Source: Eledone cirrhosa | Lineage: Eukaryota | Direction of reading: 5' to 3' | NCBI GenBank assembly: GCA_964016885.1 | Contig: OZ024743.1 | Location: 238,328,001 to 238,392,000, forward strand | DNA length: 64,000 nucleotides | Part shown: in pieces, positions 30,070 to 43,726 of the stretch | Layout: each line of letters begins with the position of its first letter | How positions within the stretch are numbered: the stretch's first letter is position 1 | Translations under genes and position numbers: made by a program | Notes under the pieces: generated by a model | Databases searched by the model: none | The model's input: only the letters and a program-made list of their open reading frames with translations | What the model was told of the DNA's origin: nothing

Positions 30070-30310
30070 ACGCACCGAATGTCGTCTTAGTATTTGTGGC
30101 TTCAGGGGAGAGAAGAAAAGAGAAATATATTGGTGTCGGCGCGACTGTGTCTAGGATTCACCGCCTGACAAGAGGTCAGCTATCCAATAGGTTAGCTGTC
30201 AAGCCTCTAGCAGTGGAGACTTCCGACGTTCTTGGTCCCCGGATTATCTCCCTACTCTCTACTATCGAGGCGGAGTTGGGCACTCATATGTGTGAGCTCC
30301 ACGTGATGGA
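30070..30310 (+). pseudogene. CRE-like retrotransposon restriction-like endonuclease remnant
   Basis: ERRKEKY...[12 protein letters not shown] resembles the RLE C-terminal motif; related to 54775-55320. Confidence 0.55.
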
Positions 30311-31954
30311 ATGACTATTCTATCACGGTTCCTTTACAATCTTCATGTGGCGACCGGTGCATGTTGTGCTGCTCGCCAATAATCCCTTCCTTAACACCGT
30401 CCGTGCCTGGATAATTGGGGTAGCAATGTTTGAGCACACTTGGGATTTCATTTGTAAGGTGTCTATTTCAATTAGACTAAATTCTACCTTTGCTAATTGT
30501 GAATGGTACTATTGACTATGTCAATTCCTTTATATCAAATGTTAGTTATACCTTATAATTATAATTTTTGCCCTATTGAATTTTTTAAATCGTAATGTGT
30601 AATTATAAACATAATACGTGTAAAGCTTAGTTGATATAAACCGAGCATAAACTGCTTCTAATTTTTTTATTCGACTTCGCTACCGAACAGATTTGGAAAT
30701 GGCGATATTTTGTTTATTGTATTTCTTTCCTCTTTGTGTTTTGTTTTACAGTTTTAAATATTTTACGTTAGGTGTAGTTGTTTGTTATTTAGTTGCAAGT
30801 TAGCTTTGAGTCAGAAGACCTATGATCAAAGGTATTCCAACTATGGCAATCTAAAATTTTTAGAGAATGGATTCTGAATCACAGATAAGATTCCTCATAA
30901 GCAGTGATGGAAATGCGTGGTGAGTACGCAGGTGGATGGTGTTTACTTTCATTTAGTTTCCCGTGGCGAATGCATAACATCCACCCTGGGACTTCCGAAC
31001 TTGAGCCTTACCCATCTTACAGTACTGGTAGTTCTTAAAAACCGTTTCAACCCCTTAAAACACAAAAAACCCCGTCTAAATTTAACTTTATTTCACCGTA
31101 GCTGTAGAACTGTATCAACGACCTGGTTGCAGATTGTCCGACGAAAATTTTGACACGAAGAAATAAATGATAAATATAAAGTAAAATTTACAGTTATTTT
31201 TTTGTTTTTAAATGACTTCCATGATCTAATTGCTTTACTTTGAATGCATAGACTCAGATCAAGTCACTTGCCAGGCATGTACAACTGTGGCTAAAATCAT
31301 TCTTCCACGATGTAATTGCTTTAATTTCAACACAATTTCAGATCAAATGATGGTGGTGGTAGTGCACAAGGTTCAAATAGTTACTGATAAGATAAATGTA
31401 AAAGCCGTCCTGTCTCAAGTATGCCTAATTAGCAAAGAAAGTAAAAGCTACTGGATGACAAGCCGAGAATCGAAAACGGATCGCCGGCTCAGCTCGCTGT
31501 AAAGGTGATAATTTATCAAAACAATTGCAAGAATTTCACATATATAACCTGGCTTTGTCCATAAAACATCGGAATATTTATACGTATCTCATCATCGTGT
31601 CCCCCTCTTCCTCCACCCTCCTCCTTTGCTGCTATTTATATCCTTCTCATCCCCACCTTCTACTATCTCTTCTTTTCACCCTTTCCACTTCCTCGTCCTC
31701 ACCATCTTCTTCTTCATCTTCTTCTTCCGCAAACTAATTACCAAACATTTACTGAACTCAGTTTCAGCCAGCGGCAGGATTTTGGCATCCTTTGCATCTG
31801 TCTGTATTAAGCATGGCTTTGGCAGTTTCTTCTTCTACATCATCATCATCGTCGTCGTCGTCATGAGGATGACGATCATCATCATCATAAACGTCGTCAA
31901 GGGCAGTACGATTGGTGTAGCGGTCGTTGTTATTTTCTTATTAAACAGGAACGT

Positions 31955-32632
31955 AACCATCATCATCACCACCATCACCACCAAAACCACCGCCACCACA
32001 ACCACCACCACCACCACAACCAACACCACCACCATCAACACCACCAACACCACTAGCACAACCACCACCATCACCACCACCACCACTACCACCACTACCA
32101 TCACTACCACTATCACCACTACCACCACCACCACTACCACCGCCACTACCACCACTACCACCACCACCACAACCACCACCACCACTACCACCACTACCAT
32201 CACCGCCACCACCACCACTACCACCCCCACCCCCACCACCACGACTACCGTAACCACCACCACCACCACCACCACTACCACCACTACGACGAAGACCACC
32301 ACCACTACCACTACCACCACAACCATCACCACCACTACCACCAACACCACCAACACCACCACCACCACTACCACCACTACCACCACCACCACTACCACTA
32401 CCACCACTACCATCACCATCCCCACCACCACTACCACCACCACCACTACCATCACCATCCCCACCACCACTACCACAACCGCCACCTCACCACCACCACC
32501 ACCACCACCACCACTACCACCAACACCACCACCACCACTTCCACCACTACCACCATCACCACAACCACCACCATCACTACCACCACCACCACTACCACAA
32601 CCACCACCCCACCACCACCACTACCACCACTA
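31955..32632. repeat. Imperfect (ACC)n/(ACT)n microsatellite
   Basis: Direct reading. Confidence 0.95.
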
Positions 32633-33199
32633 CATATACATACATACACACATAAGCACACACACACATGCATGCTATCACAGATACATATGTATACACC
32701 CATATACATGCACACATAAGCACACGCACATACACTTGCATACAAACACAGTCACATGTAATGGGATCGAACTCGGAATCTGATGATTGAGAAGCGAACC
32801 TCTTAACTAATCTAACAATTTCAGAGACAACAGACCAGAAAACATACTTACGGCCTTGTTTAGTTTACACGTTATATGTTATTATACATGTACCTGATCC
32901 TATTTATCAAGGATTTGTAATCAAACATATTAGGGTATTTGTGCTACAGAGTTTCTATAGGTCACATAAGGAATGTTTGTGCAAACACTTTAAACTTCTT
33001 CACGTCAAGTTACAGAAAATAGAAAAATTCTTTGATGAATCATTAATTTTATCGTAATAATATGTCATAAGTGGAAGTATTACAAAAGGGTTAGATAAAT
33101 TGAACAGATCTAACACATACATGACAGTCCAAAAATGTCAAACTGTTTCACTTGCACATTTTCTGTTATAAGAAAATTTCACCTGGCACTGATTGTTAA

Positions 33200-34260
33200 A
33201 TGGAATTTCTCCACCAGCTTCATTGGAACACCACTCACATGCAAACTTTCTTGAGAGGACGAGTATCTTAGTCTTCACAACACTGATTTTCATCCCGCAG
33301 TGCAGCACTCGGCAGTAAACCTATTCAGTGCATGACGGAGATCACATTCCGCTAAGTTAAGTTGTAACATATCGTCTGAAAATTTCAGCCGACTGATCCT
33401 ACACATCAGTGCTGATACCATTTCCATCTTGACTGCGAAGTCAAATCTGCGAAGTCAATTCATGAAGATTATGAACAGGAGATGTGGAGTCCGTAACCAA
33501 GATAAAATGCTTTCGACTTAGCATCATTTATCCGATCACAAATACTGAGGCATTCGTAAAGTGACTTCAAGGTAACAGGAAACTCCCCATCGAGTCCATA
33601 GTTCTGCATAGACCTCGACAACAAGTCCTGTGGAACGCGATCGTATGCCTTTTCGAGGTCTACGAAAGAAGCATATACCTCTTGACAATACTCACATGAT
33701 TTCTTGAAGACATGCCGTAGTGTGAATATTTGATCAACTGCGCAACGCCCGGGGCGAAAGCCATACTGTTCGTTAGCTCACTTCTATTCAACAGTATCCT
33801 TACATGTCAGTATGTATAGTTCAAATACCTTTGAACCATTTTTACGAGTGATGGAGAACAGAAGGCTGAATTAAATGCAAGAATTGCTGGAGCAGGTGCA
33901 GTAATGCGTCAGCTACTGTAATGTTACTCGATAGGGTGCGTAGCTTGAAGATCAAAATGTAATTCCAGGTAAAATCGCTACATCTCCGCACCGAGAAATC
34001 ACAGCTTCGGCACTACGGTCATGTTAGAATGCCCCAGGAAAGAATCGCTGGGCATATTTTTCGAGCAAAGTCAACCGACAGACCGATCTAAAAGTTGGTC
34101 ACGAGCAATATAGTTGGATAACATTTATGAGATCGGTTGGTCTCGCTTGGGGTTCCATCTGGATTATTTAGACGTATTTGCGTCCGAGAGGACCCTTCGA
34201 ACGGCATGACTGATAACTCTGCACCACGAACCTCCCAGGAATATCTGAGATAAGAACGAG
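33200..34260. mobile_element. Degenerate RTE LINE with 5' inversion (33200-33810 minus; 33819-34260 plus)
   Basis: Minus: EQYGFRPGRCAVDQIFTLR, FVDLEKAYDRVP, FSDD, GMKISVVKTK, VEKF. Plus: FKYL, TSDG, NARI, EKSQLRHYGHV. Confidence 0.82.
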
Positions 34261-34973
34261 AAATTGATATAAAAGTATCTTAGACAGCAAGTATTTTGAT
34301 TACAGCCCGTTCCTTTCATGAGTCAAAATTTTCTGAGCCCGAGCTTAGTTCATATAAAGTTATCCATATAACAATACTATGAATATCAAATCTATTCATT
34401 GACAAAACATTTCTAGATATGAGGTTGTAAACAAAACTATAGTCTTTGAAATATAAAGAATTGAAACCATTTCGAATTATAAATGTATTCTTAATAGTTC
34501 AAGCGGAAATTTGTTAACCCGAATCACGTTATTAGAAAAGAAATAAAAGTTTGTTTTCAGAAACACCGTATATACGTACATACATCTTTAAATCCAGCTC
34601 CTCTCCCACCACACGCATACACACAAATGCAAACATAGATAAATATAAATATAAATATAAATATAGAAAAAACATATAATGCACACACATACACACACAA
34701 ATAAATAGACAGTATACATTTCACATCACTGTAACCCACATAGTGGAAAAATATCAAAGCCATACACAGCTATCCTAAACTAAACTCCTTCACTTGCGGC
34801 TTCCTTTAATCATTCTGTTTTTTCGTCATATACATATATATATATGTAGGAGGTGAGTTTTATTGTAGTACAATAAAGCAATGCAGATATCGGATAAGAA
34901 GCACTCTACAGTTTGTAGGACTGGAGTATACATAATATATAAGAACAAAAGATGGTTAAAAGAGTTCCATGTA

Positions 34974-35040
34974 TTTTATTATGCGCATTTCAAACACAAA
35001 TATCATCATGCAATAACATTTGTGTTTTCATCAGATAAAA
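34974..35040 (-). ncRNA. Minimal hammerhead (family C)
   Basis: Reverse complement of the 16662-16728 motif. Confidence 0.85.
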
Positions 35041-35162
35041 TAGGAAGACATGATATGAAGGTTAAAAAACACTTGTGGATAGTACAGTTTTAAATCAACA
35101 TATGTTGATTTAAAACTGCACTATCCACAAGTGTTTTTTAACCTTCATATCATGTCTTCCTA

Positions 35163-35229
35163 TTTTATCTGATGAAAACACAAATGTTATTGCATGATGA
35201 TATTTGTGTTTGAAATGCGCATAATAAAA
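35163..35229 (+). ncRNA. Minimal hammerhead (family C)
   Basis: UUUUAU CUGAUGA..GAAA UGCGCA UA AUAAAA. Confidence 0.85.
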
Positions 35230-35410
35230 TACATGGAACTCTTTTAACCATCTTTTGATCTTATATATTATATATATATATATATACGGTAAATATAGAT
35301 GTAATTCAATTCGAGAACTCAACGTACATTTTTCCACATAGGAATGACGGAGTATTTTTAGAATAAGGAAATACAAAGAAGTTTAGATGTTTAAGTTATT
35401 TATTGATAAG

Positions 35411-35488
35411 GTCGTGATACATATTTCGATGACTAAAGTGGCCACGCGATTCTGCGTAGTACTCAGTGTCATGATCTCATCAGACAGC
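35411..35488 (-). ncRNA. Hammerhead motif (family M), slightly degenerate
   Basis: GCUGU-CUGAUGA-GAUCAUGAC..GUCAUC-GAAA-UAUGUA-UC-ACG; helix I only 3 bp. Confidence 0.6.
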
Positions 35489-35584
35489 TTCTTACATAAT
35501 AAGGTTACAATCATGAGTTAATCCAAAATTGAAGTGACAAGGGAACGGACAAACACGATGTTCATGAAGCGAATGCCCGTTCCC

Positions 35585-35633
<49 letters not shown>

Positions 35634-35881
35634 CGCGTGTGTGTGTGTGTGTGTATCGGTGTTTACGATTGTGTCTGAGTCTGAATTTATGTGGCGTAAC
35701 TTTGCGGTTTAAAAAAAAGAGATTAATAAAAATATTACTAAAACGCTATTAATGCGTTGCAATAGCATAGCTGCAGTGTAATGAGTGCAATACCAGTAGA
35801 CGAATAAAAATGGCTGACTGAATACGTTCGTCTGTTTTTTTTCTTAATTTTTCTCCGTTACTTCCTATTTTTCATTCTATA

Positions 35882-35915
35882 TTCTGATGAAGGACTAGTG
35901 TCCAAAACGTTAAGA
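35882..35915 (+). ncRNA. Degenerate minimal hammerhead (family K, GAAA>AAAA)
   Basis: CUGAUGA-A-GGAC UAGU GUCC-AAAACGUU-AAGA; motif and downstream tail are homologous to 48724-48850. Confidence 0.55.
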
Positions 35916-36126
35916 CTCTTTTCCTGTTATTTCATGCGTTAAACTAGTATATTTCTTCATAGTACTGTGTTGTTTGCTTCGTTATTTCTGTTTACTTTTT
36001 ACATACATACATACTTACATACATATAAACACACTGACACACACACACACACACATATATATGTATGTATAGGAAAAGAGTCAGGACCCCGACGGCTGAG
36101 CTCCGACCATTTCGACAGCTAGATCC

Positions 36127-36187
<61 letters not shown>

Positions 36188-36189
<2 letters not shown>

Positions 36190-38405
36190 TATAAAATAAC
36201 AGGAGGCTGGACTGGTGTAATTCCTTAAAAGGTTTATTATACTATGATCAATTCAATGACCGGGTTCAGTATGAATCCGGTGACATCATCAGGTATTCGA
36301 AATATAACAAAGGAATATAATAGACAAAATTCATGGGGCTGAAAATCAGAGACATGAGGGCGACCGAACATTTAGCAGCTTCTACCCCAGTCGGCCACCC
36401 TCTAGTGGTGATTATTAAGCCTACTTATGCCCATCTGGTGAAGGGGCGTAGGCTTATAGTGTACTACTACCAGCCCGTCAAAGACACAAGCCAGCGTTGA
36501 GATCAGGTTACAATCAAGTTGGTCATGAGTGCTAGAAAGTGCCGCGAAAAATATTTTTTCAAAGAACATATATCTTTAACAAAGCTATATATAGTAATAT
36601 ATAGTGGGCGTCTGCATGGTATAATGGATAGACAGAAATTACGATTAACAATTAGAAACGTTAAATTTATGTTTAGAGTTAGAAGATGCTATTTAAGATG
36701 AAATTAGAAAAATAAGGTTTAGGTTTAAAGTTGTGAGATTTAGTTAAAGAATTTACAGAAGGAGGCTTTTATGAAAAAGTTTAAGTGTATTATAGATAGT
36801 CACGATAAAGTTTCAGGGTAGAATATTGAGTAAAGATTAAGCCCATGCTTAGCGGTCAATAACCAGCGACTTTGCGGACCCCCGGCCATCCCTGGGCCCA
36901 ACGGCGTGCAGCCGTTTCGAGTATTATCGTCTAGCGAAAGAAATGGGAATTTATTTTTCCGAGCACTCCAGGAATGTTAACTGTCTTAAGCGTCGTGTGT
37001 GCTAGCGGGAAGTCCGCCACCGTCAGTTTGCTATCGTATATACCAAACGATTACTAGTTATTCACACTGGTGGGGGATTTAGTTAAGTGCTAGTAGAAGG
37101 AGACATGACAAAGTTAAAAGTTATGATTAAGCCTAGAATTTAAAGGTACTGTTTGGCGGTCAATAACCGGTGGGCGCGGCGGGTTCCAAGTCCGGCAGGG
37201 CCCCAAGGCGAAGCAGCCGTTCCGAGTATTTTCGTTTACCGAAAGAAGGGGAAATATATTTTTCCATGCACTCTAGGAAGGCTGATCGACCCGAGCGCCT
37301 GACGTGCAGTCGGGAAAGCCGCCACGTCCGTTGGATCATCACGTGTACCAAACGATTATTAGTTATTCACACCTGTGATGTGAAGTTGAAAGTGGTAAAA
37401 TCTGATGAAATGTGCAAATAGACTATATTTAGTCCCCAGTTAGTCCAGGTTATATGTAGTGTGATTCTTGGGTGGGTAGGGGGAGTGAATAAAGATAAAC
37501 AGATATAAGGGTACAGAGAGTAATATTCTAGGGTTGTGTGCTAATGAGTACAATTTTAAGTATATAATGAGAGTAAAGCGAGTAAATAAATATATAAATA
37601 AAAACATAAGTAAAATACATAAATAAAATGCAGTTATACCTAGGGTGGTAATGTAGGGAGTAAAAAGGAAGTATATAAGAGCATATCGAAGAAATCACAA
37701 TACAGATGAAATAAAATACAGATCAAGGTGCAGTAAATGGACAATATATGGCACGGTTGGAGAAGACAAGGCTATACATATAGATATAGAGAATGGAAGA
37801 GTTGGAATGGTATCAGGTGATACCTAGTGTATGTTCGAGTCTTAATTTTCAGTGTGAATCACAAAAGCCCTGAAATATAGGATAAAGAATTCAGTCAATA
37901 CTATACAGGGTATAGTAGAATATGTTGATTTTTTGAAGAATCTATGAGGTCTGACGGAGTCTGAATATTCCCGACAAGGAAGCAGCAATAATACACTATA
38001 AGCCTACGCCCCTTCACCAGATGAACATAAGTAGGCTTAATAATCACCACTAGAGGGCGGCTGACCGGGGTAGAAGCTGCTAAATGTTCGGTCACCCTCA
38101 TGTCTCTGATTTTCAGCCCCATGGATTTTGTCGATTATATTCCCTTGTTATATTTCAAATACCTGATGATATCACCGGATTCATACTGAACCCGGTCATT
38201 GAAATGATCATTAGTATAATAAACCTTTTAAGGAATTACACCAGTCCAGCCTCCTGTTATTTTATAATAATTAACTCCGTACTCGCACCACCAACTACAC
38301 AAACAAAGACGGGTGAGTTACATTACGTTGAGTGCTCTCCATAATATTACATTGAGGTTGACCATACGGAATGACCAATTCTATCCAGTGGTGAACCAAC
38401 AAACC
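36188..38405. mobile_element. Family J: 2.2-kb non-coding element with about 276-bp inverted repeats plus tail, in (TA)n
   Basis: Arms 36188-36463 and 37992-38268; tail 38269-38405; internal diverged duplication at about 36850-37075 and 37155-37375. Confidence 0.82.
38159..38217 (+). ncRNA. Hammerhead motif (family J); mirror copy at 36239-36296 minus
   Basis: AUAC-CUGAUGA-(ACCGG AUUCA UAC UGAAC CCGGU)-GAAA-UGAUCA-U(U)A-GUAU; each arm carries a different single lesion. Confidence 0.7.
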
Positions 38406-38515
<110 letters not shown>

Positions 38516-38626
38516 TATACATACATATATATAAATATATATAAATAATATACTCTGCTCCGCGTGAGCATCGGGTGCTGAAACGGCATACTGCCTACGA
38601 ACCTATCTATTGCAACATGACAACAA

Positions 38627-39061
<435 letters not shown>

Positions 39062-39096
39062 TATATATATATATATAGAGAGAGAGAAAGTAAAGT

Positions 39097-39620
39097 TGGA
39101 AAGAGCACGGAAAATATATTTTAGGGTCTCTTTTTCTTTTTTTCCTTTCTTTGATTCGTCAAAGTGACATTGAAAACATGACATTATTGAAAAAATGAGA
39201 GGGACAATTCTTTTAAAAAAGAGTTTTATAATGTACATAAAGTATTACCGGTTGCGATCTATTATTAAAATTCATCTTATCAAATGTTGAGTAAGTGTTT
39301 TTCCACCTTCCTTGCTCAGAAGTGGACTAAGCAAGGAAGATGGGAAAAAAACTTACTCCAACACTTAATTTTAAATCTTAAATTTTTTCAATTCCTATTA
39401 ATTCCTTTTTATTGTAATACTCAACATTTGATAAGATGAATTTTAATAATATAACGAAACCGGTAATACTTTACATACATTATAAAACTTTTTTTAAAAG
39501 AATTGTCCATCTCATTTTTTCAATAATGTCATCTATTCAATAATGTCACTTTGATGAATCAAAGAAAGGATAAAAAAAGAAAAACAGACCCTTAAATTTA
39601 TTTTCCGTGCTATTTCCAAC
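39097..39620. mobile_element. Fold-back family F with hammerhead-like motif
   Basis: Arms about 39097-39295 and 39417-39617 with a nested hairpin in the loop; UUGAUAA..GAAACCGGUA at 39428-39465. Confidence 0.75.
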
Positions 39621-39685
39621 TTCCTTCACATTTTCTCTATATACACTGTTTTGTATAGAAGCTTACTTCCCTTTTCTAACACACA

Positions 39686-39817
<132 letters not shown>

Positions 39818-40984
39818 CTAGCACCACCCATTTTATGGCAGCACTTTTTTGTCTGCCAGGCACTAGGTGAATGAATTGCACACCTGGACTGCCGAAGCAG
39901 GAGCTGCGCCAGCAGTGACAATTGTAGTTTCGCCTATGGATATTATCTCTGTGCAAAGAAATGTTGAAATTTATTGTTTCACAGTACTTGCGCAACACGC
40001 GCGTAGACGATGCCAGCCGAACAACAGAGCTGCGATGGAGTTGTTCTGCATGGTTGTCTAATGTGTGTTTTCTAAATTTAAGACAGTAGGGAGGGGTGTG
40101 ATATGGGGGAGAGTTAGGTGCTGTTTCTAGCAGGTTTAGTGACCTCATAGAGTATATTATTGTGTATAGTATATAAACTGATACTTCTTTCTTCCACGTT
40201 CGTTGAGAGGTTTAAAAAAAATATATCGCTATTTTTGTTGTTGAATAAATTTACCTGTTGCTTTTGAATAATTGTTGTTTCGTATGAAATGTAATAAGTT
40301 CTTTTTGTCATTGAAGTAAATAAATGTTTTACCGTTCCACACTCAAAAACAAACGTTCTCTCTCTCTCTATTCGGCGTTCCTAAAGGAAGTTTGTAAGCA
40401 TGTATGTAGTTTTATCGAATTTTAAGGGGAGTAGACAGAGTTAATCAGATTCTATTAGAGGGGTAAAGCGTCATGTATTTAGTTTTATCGATTATTTCCA
40501 TAATTATGGGTGAGTTTGAATGAATTAAATAGTTGTTGACCTAAGTTAGACCATTTACAACATTCTTACAGACGTTGAGTCGAATCAGTTTGAAATTGTG
40601 CAAATGTATAAACATGGAACATGCACACATACACACACAACAACAACAATCTGCCTTTTATAGATAATGATATTCAGTATATATATATATATACACTCTA
40701 TGTATAACAAACAGCGTAGAGCAGTTAAAATATCATCTGGACTTTTGACTGAATATGAGACGGTTCAACTTTGGATAGAGAATATCACTATACCACACCG
40801 CTACACTATAGCACTCCTTCAACATACTAATAACAGTAACAGCAGTACAAATATTAACCTACCGCCCCACCACCATTTCCACTACGCTACAACCATTGCG
40901 AGCATCGCAACATCTGCAGCACACCCCTCTCACTTTTACTACGAACACTTCCACCACAATCACGAACACTTTAATATCAACCAC

Positions 40985-41297
40985 TACCACCCACTCACAC
41001 CATCACCACCACCACCAGCACCAATAACCACACCAACACCCCTACCACCCACTAACACCACCACCACCACCCCCACTATCAGCACCACCATCCCCCGCCC
41101 CCCACCATCATCACCCGCACCACCACCACCACCACCACCACCACCACCACCACCACCACCACCACCACCACCATCAGCACCCGCACCACCACCACCACCA
41201 CCACCACCACCACCACCACCACCACCACCACCATCAGCACCACCACCACCACCACCACCACCACCACCACCACCACCACCATCACCATCACCACCAC
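40985..41297. repeat. (ACC)n microsatellite
   Basis: Direct reading. Confidence 0.95.
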
Positions 41298-41454
41298 TAG
41301 ACCTCTGATTGTGACACCTGGTCAAAGCTACGAAGTTGTTAATTACAACACTCGGTAAACCGCCAGTGATGGCCGCCAGCTCTCTTAAATAGAAGAAGCA
41401 AAGGAGCGCATAGCAGAGCTTGGCTACCGACTGGTGTGTGTATACATATATATA

Positions 41455-41476
41455 TATATATATACATATATTACAA

Positions 41477-41515
<39 letters not shown>

Positions 41516-41572
41516 CGTATATATATACATACAGACAAAGACGCACACACACACACACAAACACGCACAAAC

Positions 41573-41630
<58 letters not shown>

Positions 41631-41684
41631 GTATATATACATACAGACAAAGACGCACACACACACACACAAACACGCACAAAC

Positions 41685-41730
<46 letters not shown>

Positions 41731-41990
41731 GTTTGTGCGTGTTTGTGTGTGTGTGTGCGTCTTTGTCTGTATGTATATATACGTATATATATATATATAT
41801 ATATATATATACGTATATATACATACAGACAAAGACGCACACACACACACACAAACACGCACAAACGTATATATATATATATATATATATATACGTTTGT
41901 GCGTGTTTGTGTGTGTGTGTGTGTGTGTGTGCGTCTTTGTCTGTATGTATATATACGTATATATAAATATATGTGTGTGTGTGTTTGTAA

Positions 41991-42005
<15 letters not shown>
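41455..42005. repeat. About 60-bp unit repeated five times in mixed orientation between (TA)n spacers
   Basis: Unit TACGTATATATACATACAGACAAAGACG(CA)nAACACGCACAAACG at about 41515(+), 41629(+), 41729(-), 41811(+) and 41893(-); inverted flanks. Confidence 0.88.
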
Positions 42006-42072
<67 letters not shown>

Positions 42073-42444
42073 TAGGTATGGATTAGGGTTAGGGTATAGC
42101 GGTAGATGGGTGTTGAAAGGGGTTAGGATATAGAATATAGAACCTGATGATTCCCATGAGGCTCCTATAGACCTGCGTTTTATGCTACTTAGCACGTGGT
42201 TTACTAGCTGCTATCAAAGGCGGAAGGAAAGCAATAAATACAGATGGACTTTCGGAACCGACAACGGCATTAGGCATTTTCTCCCTTTTTTCTCCTTTTC
42301 TCTTTTTTCTCCCTCTATATAGGAAGGTGATTGGTTTTAGACATGGTGACTGGTGCTGTGCTGTGTTGTGTTGTGTGTGTATATATTGGGCTACAGTAAT
42401 TAAATTAACCAAATCGATACAGGCTGATATAATTAGTGAACGAT

Positions 42445-43410
42445 ACTGGTGAGTGGTGATGATGCGATGATGATGTGTTTGCTGGTGTCGCGATGCTGAT
42501 CAAGGCGGTGGTGGTGATGGTGGTGGTGGTGCGGGTAGTGGTGGTGGTGGTGGTGGTGGTGATGATGTGATGATGATGTGTGTGCTGGTGTCGCGATGCT
42601 GATCAAGGCGGTGGTGGTGGTAGTGGTGGTGGTGGTGGTGGTGATGATGATGTGTGTCTGTGTTGGTGCGGTGATGCTGATCATGGCGGTAGTGGTGATG
42701 GTGGTTTTGGTGGTAGTGGTGGGAGTAGTGGTTAACGTTGTGGTGGTGGTTATAGAAGTGATAGTGACGTGGACAAGTGATAGTAGTGGTGAAGATGGTA
42801 GGTGGTAGTTGTGGAGGTGACGTGTTGTAGTGGTGGAGTTGGTGGAGGTGGTGGTGGAGGTGGTGGTGGAGGTGGTGGTGGAGGTGGTGGAGGTGGTGGT
42901 GGAATTGGTGGTGGAGGTGGTGGAGGTAGTGGTGGTGGAGGTGGTGGAGTTGGTGGTGGTGGAATTGGTGGAGGAGTTGGTGGAGGTGGTGATGGAGTTG
43001 GTGGAGGTGGTGGTGGAGGTGGTGGAGGTAGTGGTGGTGTTGGAATTGGTGGTGGTGGAGTTGGTGGTGGTGGTGGTGGTGGAGTTGGTGGTGGTGGAGT
43101 TAGTGGTGGTGGTGGTGGTAGTGCAGGTAGTTGTGGAGATAGTGGTGGAGTTGGTGGTGGTGGAGGTGGTGTTGGAGGTGGTGGAGGAAGTGGTGGAGTT
43201 GGTGGTGGAGGTAGCGGTGGAGGTGGTGGTGGAGTTGGTGCGGTAGTGGTGGAGATGGTGGAGGTGGTGGGGGAGTTGGTGGTGGTGGTGTAGGTAGTGG
43301 TGGATTGGTGGTGGTGGTGGTGGAGGTAGTGGTGGAGTTGGTAGAGGTAGTGGTGGAGGTGGTGGTGGAGGTGTTGGAGGTGGTGGAAGTAATGGAGGTG
43401 TTGGTGGAGG
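42445..43410. repeat. Imperfect (GGT)n/(GGA)n low-complexity tract
   Basis: Direct reading. Confidence 0.93.
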
Positions 43411-43726
43411 CAGAATTATTGGTGGTAGTCGTTGTGGAAGCGTGGTTTTTGTATTGTGTGCTGATAGTGTAGGAGGTGGTGTTGCCGCTTGTGAGGTGTA
43501 GTGATACTGATGGCGATGACGGTGGGAGTGGTTTTAGTGGTGGTGGCGGTAGTGGTGGATATGGTGGTGGTGGGGTGTTGCTGCTGCTGGTGGGGGTGGA
43601 TATGGTAGTGGACGTAGTGGTGATGGCAGTGGTGGTAGTGGGGAAGGATGTAGTAATGATAGTGGTGGTAGTAAAACTGATAGTGAGTGATGATAATGGA
43701 GATTATTACCGTGATAGGGTGGTGGA

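Larger units (their letters stand above)
34846..35270. mobile_element. Fold-back family C, zero-loop palindrome with two hammerheads
   Basis: Arms of about 170 bp centred on 35101/35102 (AAATCAACAT|ATGTTGATTT); unpaired tail 34846-34931. Confidence 0.9.

Noticed and set aside
31600-31950. Possible host exon or UTR (also 42130-42420)
   Set aside because: No recognisable protein motif or convincing splice frame; needs RNA-seq.
41455-42005. CRISPR-like repeat-spacer array
   Set aside because: Spacers are only (TA)n, orientation flips, the context is eukaryotic and there are no cas genes.
42080-42130. Interstitial telomeric TTAGGG
   Set aside because: Only two to three imperfect units; expected by chance.
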